Assembly (NCBI GenBank): GCA_046262435.1
Contig: JBHEMT010000071.1
Coordinates: 1-53,139, forward strand
Source: Candidatus Dormibacteria bacterium
Lineage (GTDB): Bacteria > Chloroflexota > Dormibacteria > Aeolococcales > Aeolococcaceae
Length of the DNA: 53,139 nucleotides
Direction of reading: 5' to 3'
The notes under the pieces were generated by a model that did no database searches, had not been told where the DNA came from, and was given only the letters and a program-made list of their open reading frames with translations. Below, in pieces: positions 1 to 8,651 of this stretch (positions within the stretch are counted from its first letter, which is position 1; each line of letters begins with the position of its first letter). The translations under genes were made by a program, and so were the position numbers.

Positions 1-1
1 C

Positions 2-709
2 TACCTCCACGTCACCCAGAACCTGGACGGCGGCTTCCCTGAGCACAAGCCCGCCGCCGATGGCGACACCAACAGCAACCCGCTGTCTGACGGCCTGGTC
101 ATCCAGGCTCTGGTCTCCCTTGGCCAGGATCCCGGGCGCGAGTGGACGTCTCTGCTTGGCCGCACCCCGCTCGACAACCTGCTGTCGTTCCAGAACGCCT
201 CCGGCGGCTTTCACTACGCGGCGGGGGATCCGCCCCCCCTCGCCGAGGGCTCGACGACGGCCCCCCTGCCCATGGCTCTGGCGCTGCGGCCCCTCCCCAT
301 CCTGCCGCCAGACTCCCCGCCACGCCGCCATCCGGGGCGCCCGCACCTCCCGGCGGCTGCGCGTCCGCACCGGTCAGCCGCGTCGGGCGTGACCACCCAC
401 CGTGGCGGGCCGCCCCAGCCGGGCGGAGCCTCGGTGAACATCGCCGCCGCCGCCGCCCCCACCGCGTCCGCTCACGCCGCGCCCACCGCACCTGCTGCTT
501 CGACGGTCGCGGCGCCACCCGCGGTCGGGGTCCCGCCGGGCACGCCGGCAGCCCCCATCGGTGGCGTGCAGGGGATCTCCGCCCGCCGCCTCACCGGACC
601 CCCCGGTCCGGCTGCCGCAGCCTGGCCCGGCTACCTGCTGACCGGCGCGGGCGCGCTGGCATTGCTCGTGCTCATCGGCATCACTCTCCGGCGCCGCACC
701 ACCTCGTAG
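2..709 (+). CDS. Prenyltransferase/terpene-cyclase-like (alpha/alpha-toroid repeat) extracytoplasmic protein, C-terminal part; 5' end lies outside the window
   Basis: Frame 2 is open from the window edge. QNLDGGFPE and QNASGGFHY motifs are typical of prenyltransferase/squalene-oxidase repeats. A long Pro/Ala-rich linker is followed by a C-terminal hydrophobic helix (LLTGAGALALLVLIGITL) and an RRR tail. Stop at 707-709. Confidence 0.6.
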   Translation, partial: YLHVTQNLDGGFPEHKPAADGDTNSNPLSDGLVIQALVSLGQDPGREWTSLLGRTPLDNLLSFQNASGGFHYAAGDPPPLAEGSTTAPLPMALALRPLPILPPDSPPRRHPGRPHLPAAARPHRSAASGVTTHRGGPPQPGGASVNIAAAAAPTASAHAAPTAPAASTVAAPPAVGVPPGTPAAPIGGVQGISARRLTGPPGPAAAAWPGYLLTGAGALALLVLIGITLRRRTTS

Positions 710-795
710 GCTGCTTGCCAGCCGCGCACTCTGCGGCGCGGGCATGTGGGGTATACGAGGGTGGTGTCGAGGGTGCTGCGCTCGCGGCCGAGGGG

Positions 796-1674
796 GTGGG
801 GTTGTTCGGTCCCGGTTCGCCGGTGAGGGGCCGGCCGCTGGCGCTGTGGGCCGGGTCGGCGATCGGGCTCTCCCTGCTCTCCACCAATCCCGTGCCCCGA
901 GCGCTGATCATGCTGGTGGCCCTCAACATCTGCCTGGCGGGCCGCCGTCCCGAACACGCCCTTCGTCCCCTGGTTCTTGGGGTGGCCATGGCCTCGTTGG
1001 GAGCGATCGTCGGCAACGCGCTGCTCAGCCACTCCGGAGCCGACGTCCTGTTCACGATTCCACCGCCGCTTCCCGCGATCGGAGGTTCGGTGACCCTGGA
1101 GGGGCTGCTCTTCGGCGGCGGGGTGGCCCTCGGGCTCGCCTCCGCGCTGTTCGCCGCAGCACCGCTGGGGCTCGCCCTCGAGGCGCAGGAGCTCATTGCT
1201 GTGCTGCCCCGCCGGTTGGAGCGCACCGGCACGGCCCTGGCGACGGCCCTCACCCTGGTGCCCGCGCTGGGGACGAGCTTCACCGCGGTCCGCGACTCGC
1301 AGCGGCTGCGCGGCTGGGAACCGCGCGGGGCGCGCTCATGGCTGGCCGTGCTCACCCCGGTTGCTGTCGGAGCCATGGAGCGCTCGCTGCGGGTTGCCGA
1401 ATCCATGGAGGCACGGGGCTACGCCTCCGGCCCCAGGACCAGCTTTCCCCGCCCGGCGACCAACCGGTCCGACCGCCTGGTCAGCGTCGGGTCACTCGCC
1501 GCCCTGCTGGTCGGGGTTGCCGCCCGGGCAACCGGCCACAACCCGGACTGGCTCGGGTACCCACGCCCTGCCGTGCCGTCGCTCGACCTCCTGGCGATGC
1601 TCGGCCCCGGACTGCTCATTCTTGCCGCCCTTGTGCTCCTCCTCCAGTGGCGATCGCCGACCTCGCCGGGCTGA
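796..1674 (+). CDS. ECF transporter transmembrane (T) component, EcfT/CbiQ family
   Basis: Polytopic membrane protein with two C-terminal Ala-x-x-x-Arg-Gly type coupling motifs (AVRDSQRLRGW, AESMEARGY). The upstream part of ORF 142..1674 overlaps the preceding gene and is Arg/Pro-rich, so the start is set at GTG 796 (TTG 802 is an alternative). The 3' end overlaps the ATPase gene. Confidence 0.75.
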   Translation: MGLFGPGSPVRGRPLALWAGSAIGLSLLSTNPVPRALIMLVALNICLAGRRPEHALRPLVLGVAMASLGAIVGNALLSHSGADVLFTIPPPLPAIGGSVTLEGLLFGGGVALGLASALFAAAPLGLALEAQELIAVLPRRLERTGTALATALTLVPALGTSFTAVRDSQRLRGWEPRGARSWLAVLTPVAVGAMERSLRVAESMEARGYASGPRTSFPRPATNRSDRLVSVGSLAALLVGVAARATGHNPDWLGYPRPAVPSLDLLAMLGPGLLILAALVLLLQWRSPTSPG

Positions 1675-3182
1675 GCCACCGGTACGCCGGGGCGGCCAGC
1701 GACGCACTCCGCGAGGTCGACCTGGAGATCGGCTCGGGCCTGACCCTGGTGGCCGGCCGCTCGGGGAGCGGCAAGTCGACCCTCCTGCGGGTCTTCAACG
1801 GCCTCGTACCCCACTTCCACGGCGGCCGGTTCAGCGGCCGCGCCCGGGTCGCCGGGCTGGATGTGCTCACCACCCCGACGCGCCGGCTGGCGCGGCACGT
1901 TGGCTTCGTCGTCCAGGACCCCGAGGCTCAGTTTGTCGGTGGCACCGTGCTCCGTGAGGTGGCCTTCGGCCCCGAGAACCTCGGCGTCCCCGCCGGCGAG
2001 ATCCCTGCGCGGGTCGAGGGCGCTCTGTCCCGCTGCGGCGCCCTGGCGCTTCGCGACCGCCGAGTCGACCAGCTCAGCGGGGGTGAGCGCCAGCGGGTCG
2101 CGGTGGCCTCGGCCCTGGCCATGGAGCCTGAGCTGCTGGTTCTCGACGAGCCGACCGCACAGCTTGATGACCACGGCGCTCAGGAGGTGAGCAAACTGCT
2201 CGGGGAGCTCGCCGTCGCGGGGGTCGCCGTTGTCGTCACCGAGCACCGACTTGACCGGCTGCTCGCCGCAGCCGACCGGCTCGTGGTCCTCGCCGCCGGA
2301 GGGGTGCTGGCCAGCGGGCCGGGGGCGACCACGGCGAGCCGCCTCGAGGACCCGCCGGAGCTGGTCGCACTGGCAATCGCCGCGGGATGGTCGCCCATCC
2401 TGCTGGATCCGGAGGAGGTGCGCCGCCGGCTCTGCCGGCTCACACCGCTGCCCGCGGCCGTGGGGGCGCCCGGTGCCGAGGCCTGGAGCCTTCGCGGGGT
2501 CACTGCCGGCCCCCGGCGGAGGGCGGTCCTGGAGAACGTCGACCTCGCCGGGGGGCGCGGGGAGATCGTGGTCCTGGTGGGCCGCAACGGGTCGGGTAAG
2601 ACCACCCTGCTGCGCACCCTCGCCGGCGTCCTGCCCTGCCTGGGTGGCCGGGTCCACCGAAGCCCCGGCAGGGTGGCCTACCTGCCCCAGGACCCGGGCT
2701 CAGTGCTCTGTCTCGCCTCGGTCAGCGCGGAGATCGAGCTGACCCTGCGCCGTGGCGGGAACGCCGATACCCTCGACGCAGTGCTCCAGCGATTCCAGCT
2801 CGCCGACGTCCGCGGTCACCACCCCGGCGACCTCTCCTCCGGCCAGCGCCAGCGGGTCGCCCTGGCCGCCCTGCTCTGCGGCAGCCCGGCTCTCGCCCTG
2901 CTCGACGAGCCCACCCGGGGGATGGACGGGGCGGCCAGGCGCTCCCTCGCCGCGGCGGTCCGTCAGCTGGCTGAGGGCGGCACGGCGGTGGTCCTGGCAA
3001 CCCACGACACCGAGCTGGCCGCGATGGTTGGCCATCGGGTCGTGGAGGTCCGCGAGGGCGGCGTCCGCGAGCTCGGTCCGCCGCGCACGGCGCTGACCGG
3101 AAACGGATCGTACGCGACTCCCTTGGGCAGGCTGCTCGCGGGCGGCCCCCTCACCGTCGCCGAGGCGCTGGCGGCGCGATGA
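1647..3182 (+). CDS. ECF transporter ATPase, fused duplicated EcfA1-EcfA2
   Basis: Two complete ABC nucleotide-binding domains: Walker A GRSGSGKST and GRNGSGKTT, signatures LSGGERQRV and LSSGQRQRV, Walker B LLVLDEPT and LALLDEPT. GTG 1647 lies just before the first domain. The rest of ORF 744..3182 upstream is out-of-frame overlap with EcfT. Confidence 0.85.
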   Translation: MAIADLAGLSHRYAGAASDALREVDLEIGSGLTLVAGRSGSGKSTLLRVFNGLVPHFHGGRFSGRARVAGLDVLTTPTRRLARHVGFVVQDPEAQFVGGTVLREVAFGPENLGVPAGEIPARVEGALSRCGALALRDRRVDQLSGGERQRVAVASALAMEPELLVLDEPTAQLDDHGAQEVSKLLGELAVAGVAVVVTEHRLDRLLAAADRLVVLAAGGVLASGPGATTASRLEDPPELVALAIAAGWSPILLDPEEVRRRLCRLTPLPAAVGAPGAEAWSLRGVTAGPRRRAVLENVDLAGGRGEIVVLVGRNGSGKTTLLRTLAGVLPCLGGRVHRSPGRVAYLPQDPGSVLCLASVSAEIELTLRRGGNADTLDAVLQRFQLADVRGHHPGDLSSGQRQRVALAALLCGSPALALLDEPTRGMDGAARRSLAAAVRQLAEGGTAVVLATHDTELAAMVGHRVVEVREGGVRELGPPRTALTGNGSYATPLGRLLAGGPLTVAEALAAR

Positions 3183-3994
3183 CGGCCATCGAGGTCCCGC
3201 CCCCGGTCGGCCGGTGGCAACCGGTGCCCTCCCGCCTCCCCGGGGGGCTGCTTCTGGTGGCCGTCTCCATTGCGGGAGCTGGGCTGTTCGCCTGGCCGCT
3301 GTTGGGCCTCGGGCTGCCCGGCGCAACCCCTGCCCTGGCGGCCGGGCTGGCCCTGGTGGTCGCGCTGGCGGCCGTGGAACTGGGTGCGCGCCGGCTGGAC
3401 ACCCGCAAGCTCGCCCTGCTCGCCGCCCTGGCGGCGATCGACGCGGGGCTTCGACTCGCTGTGGTCACCGGCATCGCCGGTTTCAGCCCGATCTTCCTGC
3501 TCATCCTCTGCGCCGGGTACGCATTCGGCGCGTCGTACGGGTTTCTGGTCGGGGCCGGGTCGCTGCTGCTCTCCGCGGTGGTCACCGGTGGGGTGGGACC
3601 ATGGCTGCCCTACGAGATGCTCGCGTGCGGTTGGGTCGGCGCCGCCGCCGGCCTGGCCGGGACGCGGCGTCGCGACCGGGCTCCGGGCCGCCCGGACGTG
3701 GCCCGGCTGGCTGTCGTCGGTGCGCTCAGCGGCCTCGCGTACGGGGCGGTGATGGACGTCTGGGACTGGACCTTCTTCCGTGGCTCGGCGGCCCTGGGGT
3801 GGACCCCCGGGCTTCCCGCCGGCGAGGCGCTGCACCGCTTCGCCACGTTCTACCTCAGCACGTCACTGGCCTACGACGGCTTTCGCTCCGCCGGCAACGT
3901 GATCCTGGTGGTGCTGGCCGGGCCGGCGCTGCTGCTCGCCATGACCCGCTTCCGGCGGCGGTTCGAGGTCGTGGTGGACGACGCGCCCGCCTGA
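3179..3994 (+). CDS. Polytopic membrane protein, putative ECF substrate-capture (S) component
   Basis: ATGA overlap with the ATPase stop. About 6-7 hydrophobic helices and high GC3. The call rests on its position at the end of an ECF operon. No substrate-specific family motif was recognised. Confidence 0.5.
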   Translation: MTAIEVPPPVGRWQPVPSRLPGGLLLVAVSIAGAGLFAWPLLGLGLPGATPALAAGLALVVALAAVELGARRLDTRKLALLAALAAIDAGLRLAVVTGIAGFSPIFLLILCAGYAFGASYGFLVGAGSLLLSAVVTGGVGPWLPYEMLACGWVGAAAGLAGTRRRDRAPGRPDVARLAVVGALSGLAYGAVMDVWDWTFFRGSAALGWTPGLPAGEALHRFATFYLSTSLAYDGFRSAGNVILVVLAGPALLLAMTRFRRRFEVVVDDAPA

Positions 3995-4097
3995 GCGCGA
4001 CACCCGGTCACCTCGCCGTCGCCGGTGGCCCGTGGCGTCGCCGGTGACCCGCCTGCTGGACAAACCGGGCGCGCTGCACCCACTCTTGGCGCAGCCC

Positions 4098-5411
4098 ATG
4101 GAGCACGTGTCCCGTCCCGCCTTCGTTCGCTCTGCGGGCCGGAGCCTCGGCCTTGAGCTCGAGCTGCAGCTGGTCGAACCCCACACCGGGGACCTGCTCT
4201 GTGTCGCTGAGGAGCTGATCGAAAGCTTCCAGAGCGACGCCCACATGCGGCCGCGCATCCACGTCGAGCTGATGCAGAACACCGTCGAGCTGGTCACCGG
4301 CGTCAACCACACCGTGGCGGAGGCCCGCGCTGACCTCGAGGACACCCTGACCGTGGTCGCGGAGCGCGCCCGGAGCTGGGGGGCGACCCTGGTCTCTTCG
4401 GGCAGCCACCCGTTCGCCAACCCGCGCGACCAGCTCTACAGCACCGACCGCAGGATCACCAAGATGCTCGACAACGTGGAGGGCGTGCGTGACCTCCAGA
4501 CCTTCGGCCTCCATGTCCACATCGGCGTTCCCGACGGTGATCTGGCCATCGCTGCCCAGAACCATCTGCTCCGCCATCTGCCGGTGTTCCTCGGCCTGAC
4601 CAACTCCAGCCCCTACTGGCAGGGTCGCGACACGGGACTCCAGTCCTCGCGCTGCCCCGCCTTTGAGCGTCTTCCGCTGACCGGAATCCCTCCGCAGATG
4701 CGCTCCTGGAGCGACTACCTCGCCCACTACGAGGCACTGGTGGAGCTGGGGATGGGCAACGGGGGCATCGCCAACGGCACCCCCGAGGCACCCTGGGCGG
4801 GCAACAAGGACATCCATTACGACGTTCGCCCGTCACCCCGTTTCGGCAGCATCGAGCTGCGGATCTGTGACGCCACGCCGACGTTGCGCGAGGCAGCCGC
4901 GATTGCCGCCCTGGCCCAGTGCCTGGTCGAGGAGGTTGTCGGGCACGCGGTCCCCGCCGCCCTTGCCGAGGCGCTCGACCAGGATTCGCTCGCAGCCAAC
5001 AAGGAGGCGGCGGTGGAGCGCGGGCTCGATGCGCTGATGGTGGTGGGCACCGCGGCCGACGGCACAGCCGACTCCCGGCCGGTGCTTTCGGTGCTCGAGG
5101 AGACCGCGGCTCGCCTCGCCCCGACCGCCGCGCGGCTTGGGTGCCCGGCCGAACTGGCCGACCTCATGGCCATCGCATCGTGGGGAACCAGCGCGGAGCG
5201 CCAGCGGGCCCTGTACGCCGCGGCCACCGGCCACCCGTCGCTTCCCGACCAGCAGCTCGACCCGGTCGGGCTCCGCCGGGTGGTGGCAGGTCTGGCCTAC
5301 GAGCTGGGCAGTGACCGACCCGCGGAACGGGCGCGGCGGCTGCGACCGGTGGACATCCCGGCGGAGCCGATCGACACCGGCGCGGTGATCGACGAGCGGC
5401 GCGCCGGCTAG
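4098..5411 (+). CDS. Carboxylate-amine ligase, YbdK / glutamate-cysteine ligase family 2
   Basis: LGLELELQLV near the N-terminus, HVHIGV and ELRICD motifs, GCS2-like throughout. ATG 4098 was chosen (the ORF opens at 4032). It has a C-terminal extension of roughly 60 residues relative to what I remember for the family. Confidence 0.75.
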   Translation: MEHVSRPAFVRSAGRSLGLELELQLVEPHTGDLLCVAEELIESFQSDAHMRPRIHVELMQNTVELVTGVNHTVAEARADLEDTLTVVAERARSWGATLVSSGSHPFANPRDQLYSTDRRITKMLDNVEGVRDLQTFGLHVHIGVPDGDLAIAAQNHLLRHLPVFLGLTNSSPYWQGRDTGLQSSRCPAFERLPLTGIPPQMRSWSDYLAHYEALVELGMGNGGIANGTPEAPWAGNKDIHYDVRPSPRFGSIELRICDATPTLREAAAIAALAQCLVEEVVGHAVPAALAEALDQDSLAANKEAAVERGLDALMVVGTAADGTADSRPVLSVLEETAARLAPTAARLGCPAELADLMAIASWGTSAERQRALYAAATGHPSLPDQQLDPVGLRRVVAGLAYELGSDRPAERARRLRPVDIPAEPIDTGAVIDERRAG

Positions 5412-5442
5412 GCCAGCCTCGGCGGCGTGCCCGGCAGGTCCG

Positions 5443-6633
5443 TCAGCGGCGTGCCGGCGGCTCGCCCAGTTCGGCGAGCCCCTGCAACGCCCCGGTGACC
5501 AGGGTGCGCACGCCCACGCCGATTGCGGCCTCGTCGACGTCGAACGTGCCCGAGTGGAGATCCGCCTCGCAGCCGGGGCCCCCCACCCCGAGGCGCAGGA
5601 AGCTTCCCGGCACCTGATCGAGATACCAGCCGAAGTCCTCGCCACCCAGGCTCTGGGGCGTGTCCACCACAGCGGCGGTACCGAGTTCGGCCTCCAGCGC
5701 GGTCCGCCACCAGGCGGTCACCAGCGGGTCGTTGTCCACGGGGGGCACCCCGTGGGAGTAGTCCACCTCCACCTCCACGCCGAGGCTGGCCACGCTGGCC
5801 TCGACCAGCCGGGGCATGAGCTCAGGCAGCGACCGCCACGTGTCCACGTCGAGCACCCGCACCGTGGCCCGCAGGCTGGCCAGACGGGGCATCACGTTTG
5901 CCGCCTCGCCGGCGTGAACGGCACCGAACACCACGGAGAGCCCGGCGCGGGGGTCCACCAGCCGTGACAGGGTGGCCGGCAGGTCGCTGATCAGTCGCCC
6001 GGCGGCGTGGACCACGTCGGCACTGAGGTGGGGGCGGGCGGTGTGGCCTCCCGGTCCGCACAGCCTGATCTCCATCAGGTCCGCAGCCGCGGTGATCGGT
6101 CCGGCCCGCATGCCGACCAGTCCGGCCGCGAGCCTCGGGTCGCAGTGCAGCCCGAGGATCGACCCAACGCCGGCCAGGTGACCCTCGCGGATCACATCCA
6201 AGGCGCCCCCCGGGGTGAGCTCCTCCGCCGGCTGGAAGAGGAGCCTCACCGTCCCCTGGAGTCGCTCGGCGATGCCGGCAAGCACGACACCGGCGCCGAG
6301 CAGGACCGTGGTGTGGACGTCATGACCGCAGGCGTGGCAGACACCGCGCACCGTTGAGCGGTGGCCGGAGCCGGTCTCGTCCACCAGGGGCAGGGCGTCC
6401 AGGTCGGCGCGCAGGGCAACTGTGGGTCCGGGACCTCCACCCACGTCACAGACCAGCCCGGTGCCGACCGCCAGACGGCGAGGCTGCAGTCCGGCCGCCT
6501 CCAGCCTGGCACCTACCCGCTCCGTGGTTCGGTGCTCCTGCCGGCCCAGCTCCGGGTGGGCGTGAAGGTCGCGGCGGAAGGCGACCAGCTCCTCGTGGCG
6601 GGTCGCGGCCAGGGTCGCGAGGTCCGCGGGCAT
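5443..6633 (-). CDS. M20D-family amidohydrolase (N-acyl-amino-acid amidohydrolase / hippurate hydrolase-like)
   Basis: FRRDLHAHPELGRQE and HACGHDVHT motifs. ATG at 6633 (MPADLATL...). The Arg/Pro-rich extension of ORF 5443..6999 was rejected. Confidence 0.8.
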   Translation of the reverse strand: MPADLATLAATRHEELVAFRRDLHAHPELGRQEHRTTERVGARLEAAGLQPRRLAVGTGLVCDVGGGPGPTVALRADLDALPLVDETGSGHRSTVRGVCHACGHDVHTTVLLGAGVVLAGIAERLQGTVRLLFQPAEELTPGGALDVIREGHLAGVGSILGLHCDPRLAAGLVGMRAGPITAAADLMEIRLCGPGGHTARPHLSADVVHAAGRLISDLPATLSRLVDPRAGLSVVFGAVHAGEAANVMPRLASLRATVRVLDVDTWRSLPELMPRLVEASVASLGVEVEVDYSHGVPPVDNDPLVTAWWRTALEAELGTAAVVDTPQSLGGEDFGWYLDQVPGSFLRLGVGGPGCEADLHSGTFDVDEAAIGVGVRTLVTGALQGLAELGEPPARR

Positions 6634-6656
6634 GGGCGACAGGCTACCGAACCGGA

Positions 6657-7181
6657 TCAGCGGCGGAGCTTCCCACCGAGGCGCTGGACCAGGTCGAACG
6701 GCGCGCTCATCCAGACGGCACCGAAGGTGGCGACGTGGAACGGCCCGATGCGCTGGGTGCGGTGGACCGGCACGGCGCCGCTCACCGCGGCGAGGGCGTC
6801 GACCACCCGCTCCCGGATCCAGGGAAAGGCGGTTCGCGGGAGCTCGTCGGGGCGCACCCAGCGTGTCGCCCACGCCTCCAGACTGCGCCCTTCCCGCCCC
6901 CCCTCGACCACCCCGAGGTAGACGGCGTCCGCCGAGTGGCGCAGACCGGCCCAGCTGTACACGCCGACCAGGCCGATGACACGGACGCGCAGGCCGCATT
7001 CCTCCTCGGCCTCCCTGGCCGCGGTGAGCGCGGGGTCCTCGCCGCTGTCGACGTGTCCCCCGGGCAGCTCCCAGCCCGGTGGGAAAGGACGGAACTGAAT
7101 CAGCACCCGTCCATCGCGGACGATCGCCACGGAGCCACCGGCCACGTGGTGGTCGATCTCGCCGACCCTGACCCGGGGCAT
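6657..7181 (-). CDS. NUDIX hydrolase
   Basis: Nudix box GGHVDSGEDPALTAAREAEEECG. Same strand as the M20 gene and 23 nt upstream of it. Confidence 0.85.
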   Translation of the reverse strand: MPRVRVGEIDHHVAGGSVAIVRDGRVLIQFRPFPPGWELPGGHVDSGEDPALTAAREAEEECGLRVRVIGLVGVYSWAGLRHSADAVYLGVVEGGREGRSLEAWATRWVRPDELPRTAFPWIRERVVDALAAVSGAVPVHRTQRIGPFHVATFGAVWMSAPFDLVQRLGGKLRR

Positions 7182-7187
7182 CCGACC

Positions 7188-7478
7188 TCAGTCGAGGCTG
7201 ACGCGGGTGGGCCGCCGTGAGCGCGCGGAGCGGCTGCGCCCGGCCGTGGGGTTCCGGCCCCTGCTGGGTCGGTCGCCCGGCGTGGACGGAGCCGGCTCCT
7301 CGCCCTCTGCGGCGCCCTCCACGTGGTGTTCGATCAGTGCGGCAACCGCCAGGATCAGCTCGCGCTGTGCTGCCAGGAGGTGGAGCTGGGCGTCCATGGG
7401 CACCACGTCCTTGACCGCGCCGAGCACGCTGCGCAGGGCATCCTCGACCAGGCCGGTGGGGAAGACGCGCCGAGTCAT
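7188..7478 (-). CDS. Hypothetical small protein (helical N-half, Arg/Ser/Pro-rich tail)
   Basis: ATGA overlap with the stop of the ArsA-like gene suggests translational coupling. High GC3. No family recognised. Confidence 0.45.
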   Translation of the reverse strand: MTRRVFPTGLVEDALRSVLGAVKDVVPMDAQLHLLAAQRELILAVAALIEHHVEGAAEGEEPAPSTPGDRPSRGRNPTAGRSRSARSRRPTRVSLD

Positions 7479-8644
7479 CGCGGCGTCCCGAAGACCACCG
7501 AGAGCTGCCCCTCCTCGAGCTTGGCCCCCTGGGTGACCTTGCCGTTGAGCACCCGCGGCAGGGCGATCTCGCGCTTGTACGGGCCCAGGCTGATGAACAG
7601 CTCGCCCTCGCGGTGGGTCAGCTCCAGGTCGGCCTTCTCCACGAACGGAAGGCGCAGGGTGAGGTGGTACTGGTCGCCTCTCTTGCGCAGCTTCTGGGGC
7701 ACCTCGGCATAGAGGATGCGGGTTGGGTCGAGCCCCTCGTAGATCGAGTCTGCCATCGCCGCGAGCCGGTCGAGGCCGACGATCTCGTGCTCGAAGAGCC
7801 GGGTGCGCAGGATCGGGATCGGGGAGAAGGCGGCGTCCACCAGCGCGCTGTATCTCTCCTGCGACCTCCGCCAGGTGTCGAAGTAGCCGTCCGTCACCTC
7901 CGGCGGCAGGACGCGGTTGACCACCACCAGGTCGCAGAGATAGTCATAGAGGGAGAGGTAGGTGAGCGCCCGCTGCGCCTCCTTGACCACCATCTTCTCC
8001 AGGTTGAGCACGATGCGCACCGTGCACACCTTGGGGTCGCCGAGGATCTTCTTCATTCCCTCCAGGTCGAGGAGCAGCTCCATCACGCTGCCGAAGATCT
8101 CGTCGCTGGGCATGGGCACGCCGATTGCCCGCTGCAGTACCGGGCGAGCCACCCGCATCACCTTGCGCTCGATCGGGAAGATCTTCTGCAGGTACCAGCG
8201 GGCCACGTCGGGGAAGGCGAGCAGCTGCAGGGTCTCGCCGGTGGGGGCGCAGTCGACGACGAGCACGTCGTAGGCACCGCTCTGCTGATGGTGCTTGATC
8301 CACATCAGGCTGGCCACCTCCTCCATCCCCGGAGGCGAGGCCAGCTCCTCGGCCACGATCTCGTCGACGTCCTGAGAGGCGAAGAGGGCGGTCAGGTACT
8401 GATGGATCTTGTCCCAGTGGTCCTCGAGCGCGTGCAGCGCATTGACCTCCTGAGCCCAGAGGTTCTTCTCGATCTCCGTCGGCCGGTCGCTCAGCTCAAT
8501 GTCGAGGCTGTCGCCAAGTGAGTGGGCGGCGTCGGTGGAGATGATCAGGGTGCGGTAGCCGAGCCGGGCGCAGCGCACCGCGGTGGCGGCAGCGACCGTG
8601 GTCTTGCCGACGCCGCCCTTGCCCGTGTAGAGGAGCACCCGCAC
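7475..8644 (-). CDS. ArsA/Get3(TRC40)-family P-loop ATPase, single-domain, with C-terminal HSP20-like beta domain
   Basis: Deviant Walker A GKGGVGKTT at residues 8-16. DCAPTGETLQLL switch motif. Met-rich helical insert. C-terminal beta-rich segment LTLRLPFVEKADLELTHREGELFISLGPYKREIALP...LSVVFG. Confidence 0.85.
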   Translation of the reverse strand: MRVLLYTGKGGVGKTTVAAATAVRCARLGYRTLIISTDAAHSLGDSLDIELSDRPTEIEKNLWAQEVNALHALEDHWDKIHQYLTALFASQDVDEIVAEELASPPGMEEVASLMWIKHHQQSGAYDVLVVDCAPTGETLQLLAFPDVARWYLQKIFPIERKVMRVARPVLQRAIGVPMPSDEIFGSVMELLLDLEGMKKILGDPKVCTVRIVLNLEKMVVKEAQRALTYLSLYDYLCDLVVVNRVLPPEVTDGYFDTWRRSQERYSALVDAAFSPIPILRTRLFEHEIVGLDRLAAMADSIYEGLDPTRILYAEVPQKLRKRGDQYHLTLRLPFVEKADLELTHREGELFISLGPYKREIALPRVLNGKVTQGAKLEEGQLSVVFGTPR

Positions 8645-8651
8645 CGCGGGG

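Noticed and set aside
560-709. Sortase-type (LPXTG/LAXTG) or other C-terminal sorting signals on the toroid protein. The same question arises at 37040..37183 on the Gly/Ala-rich protein.
   Set aside because: Both end with a hydrophobic helix plus an Arg-rich tail, but the preceding residues (ARRLTGPP, LPGLSRVG) do not match LPXTG or LAXTG. No sortase gene is in the window. They are treated simply as membrane anchors.
142-795. N-terminal extensions of track ORFs. Examples are 142..1674, 744..3182, 5443..6999, 8951..9952, 15043..18090, 17342..19957, 22056..23222, 26433..28070, 28019..28594, 35658..36383 and 39104..40309.
   Set aside because: The extended parts overlap neighbouring genes, are Arg/Pro-rich, and precede the point where family homology begins. 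Internal starts with better context were used instead.
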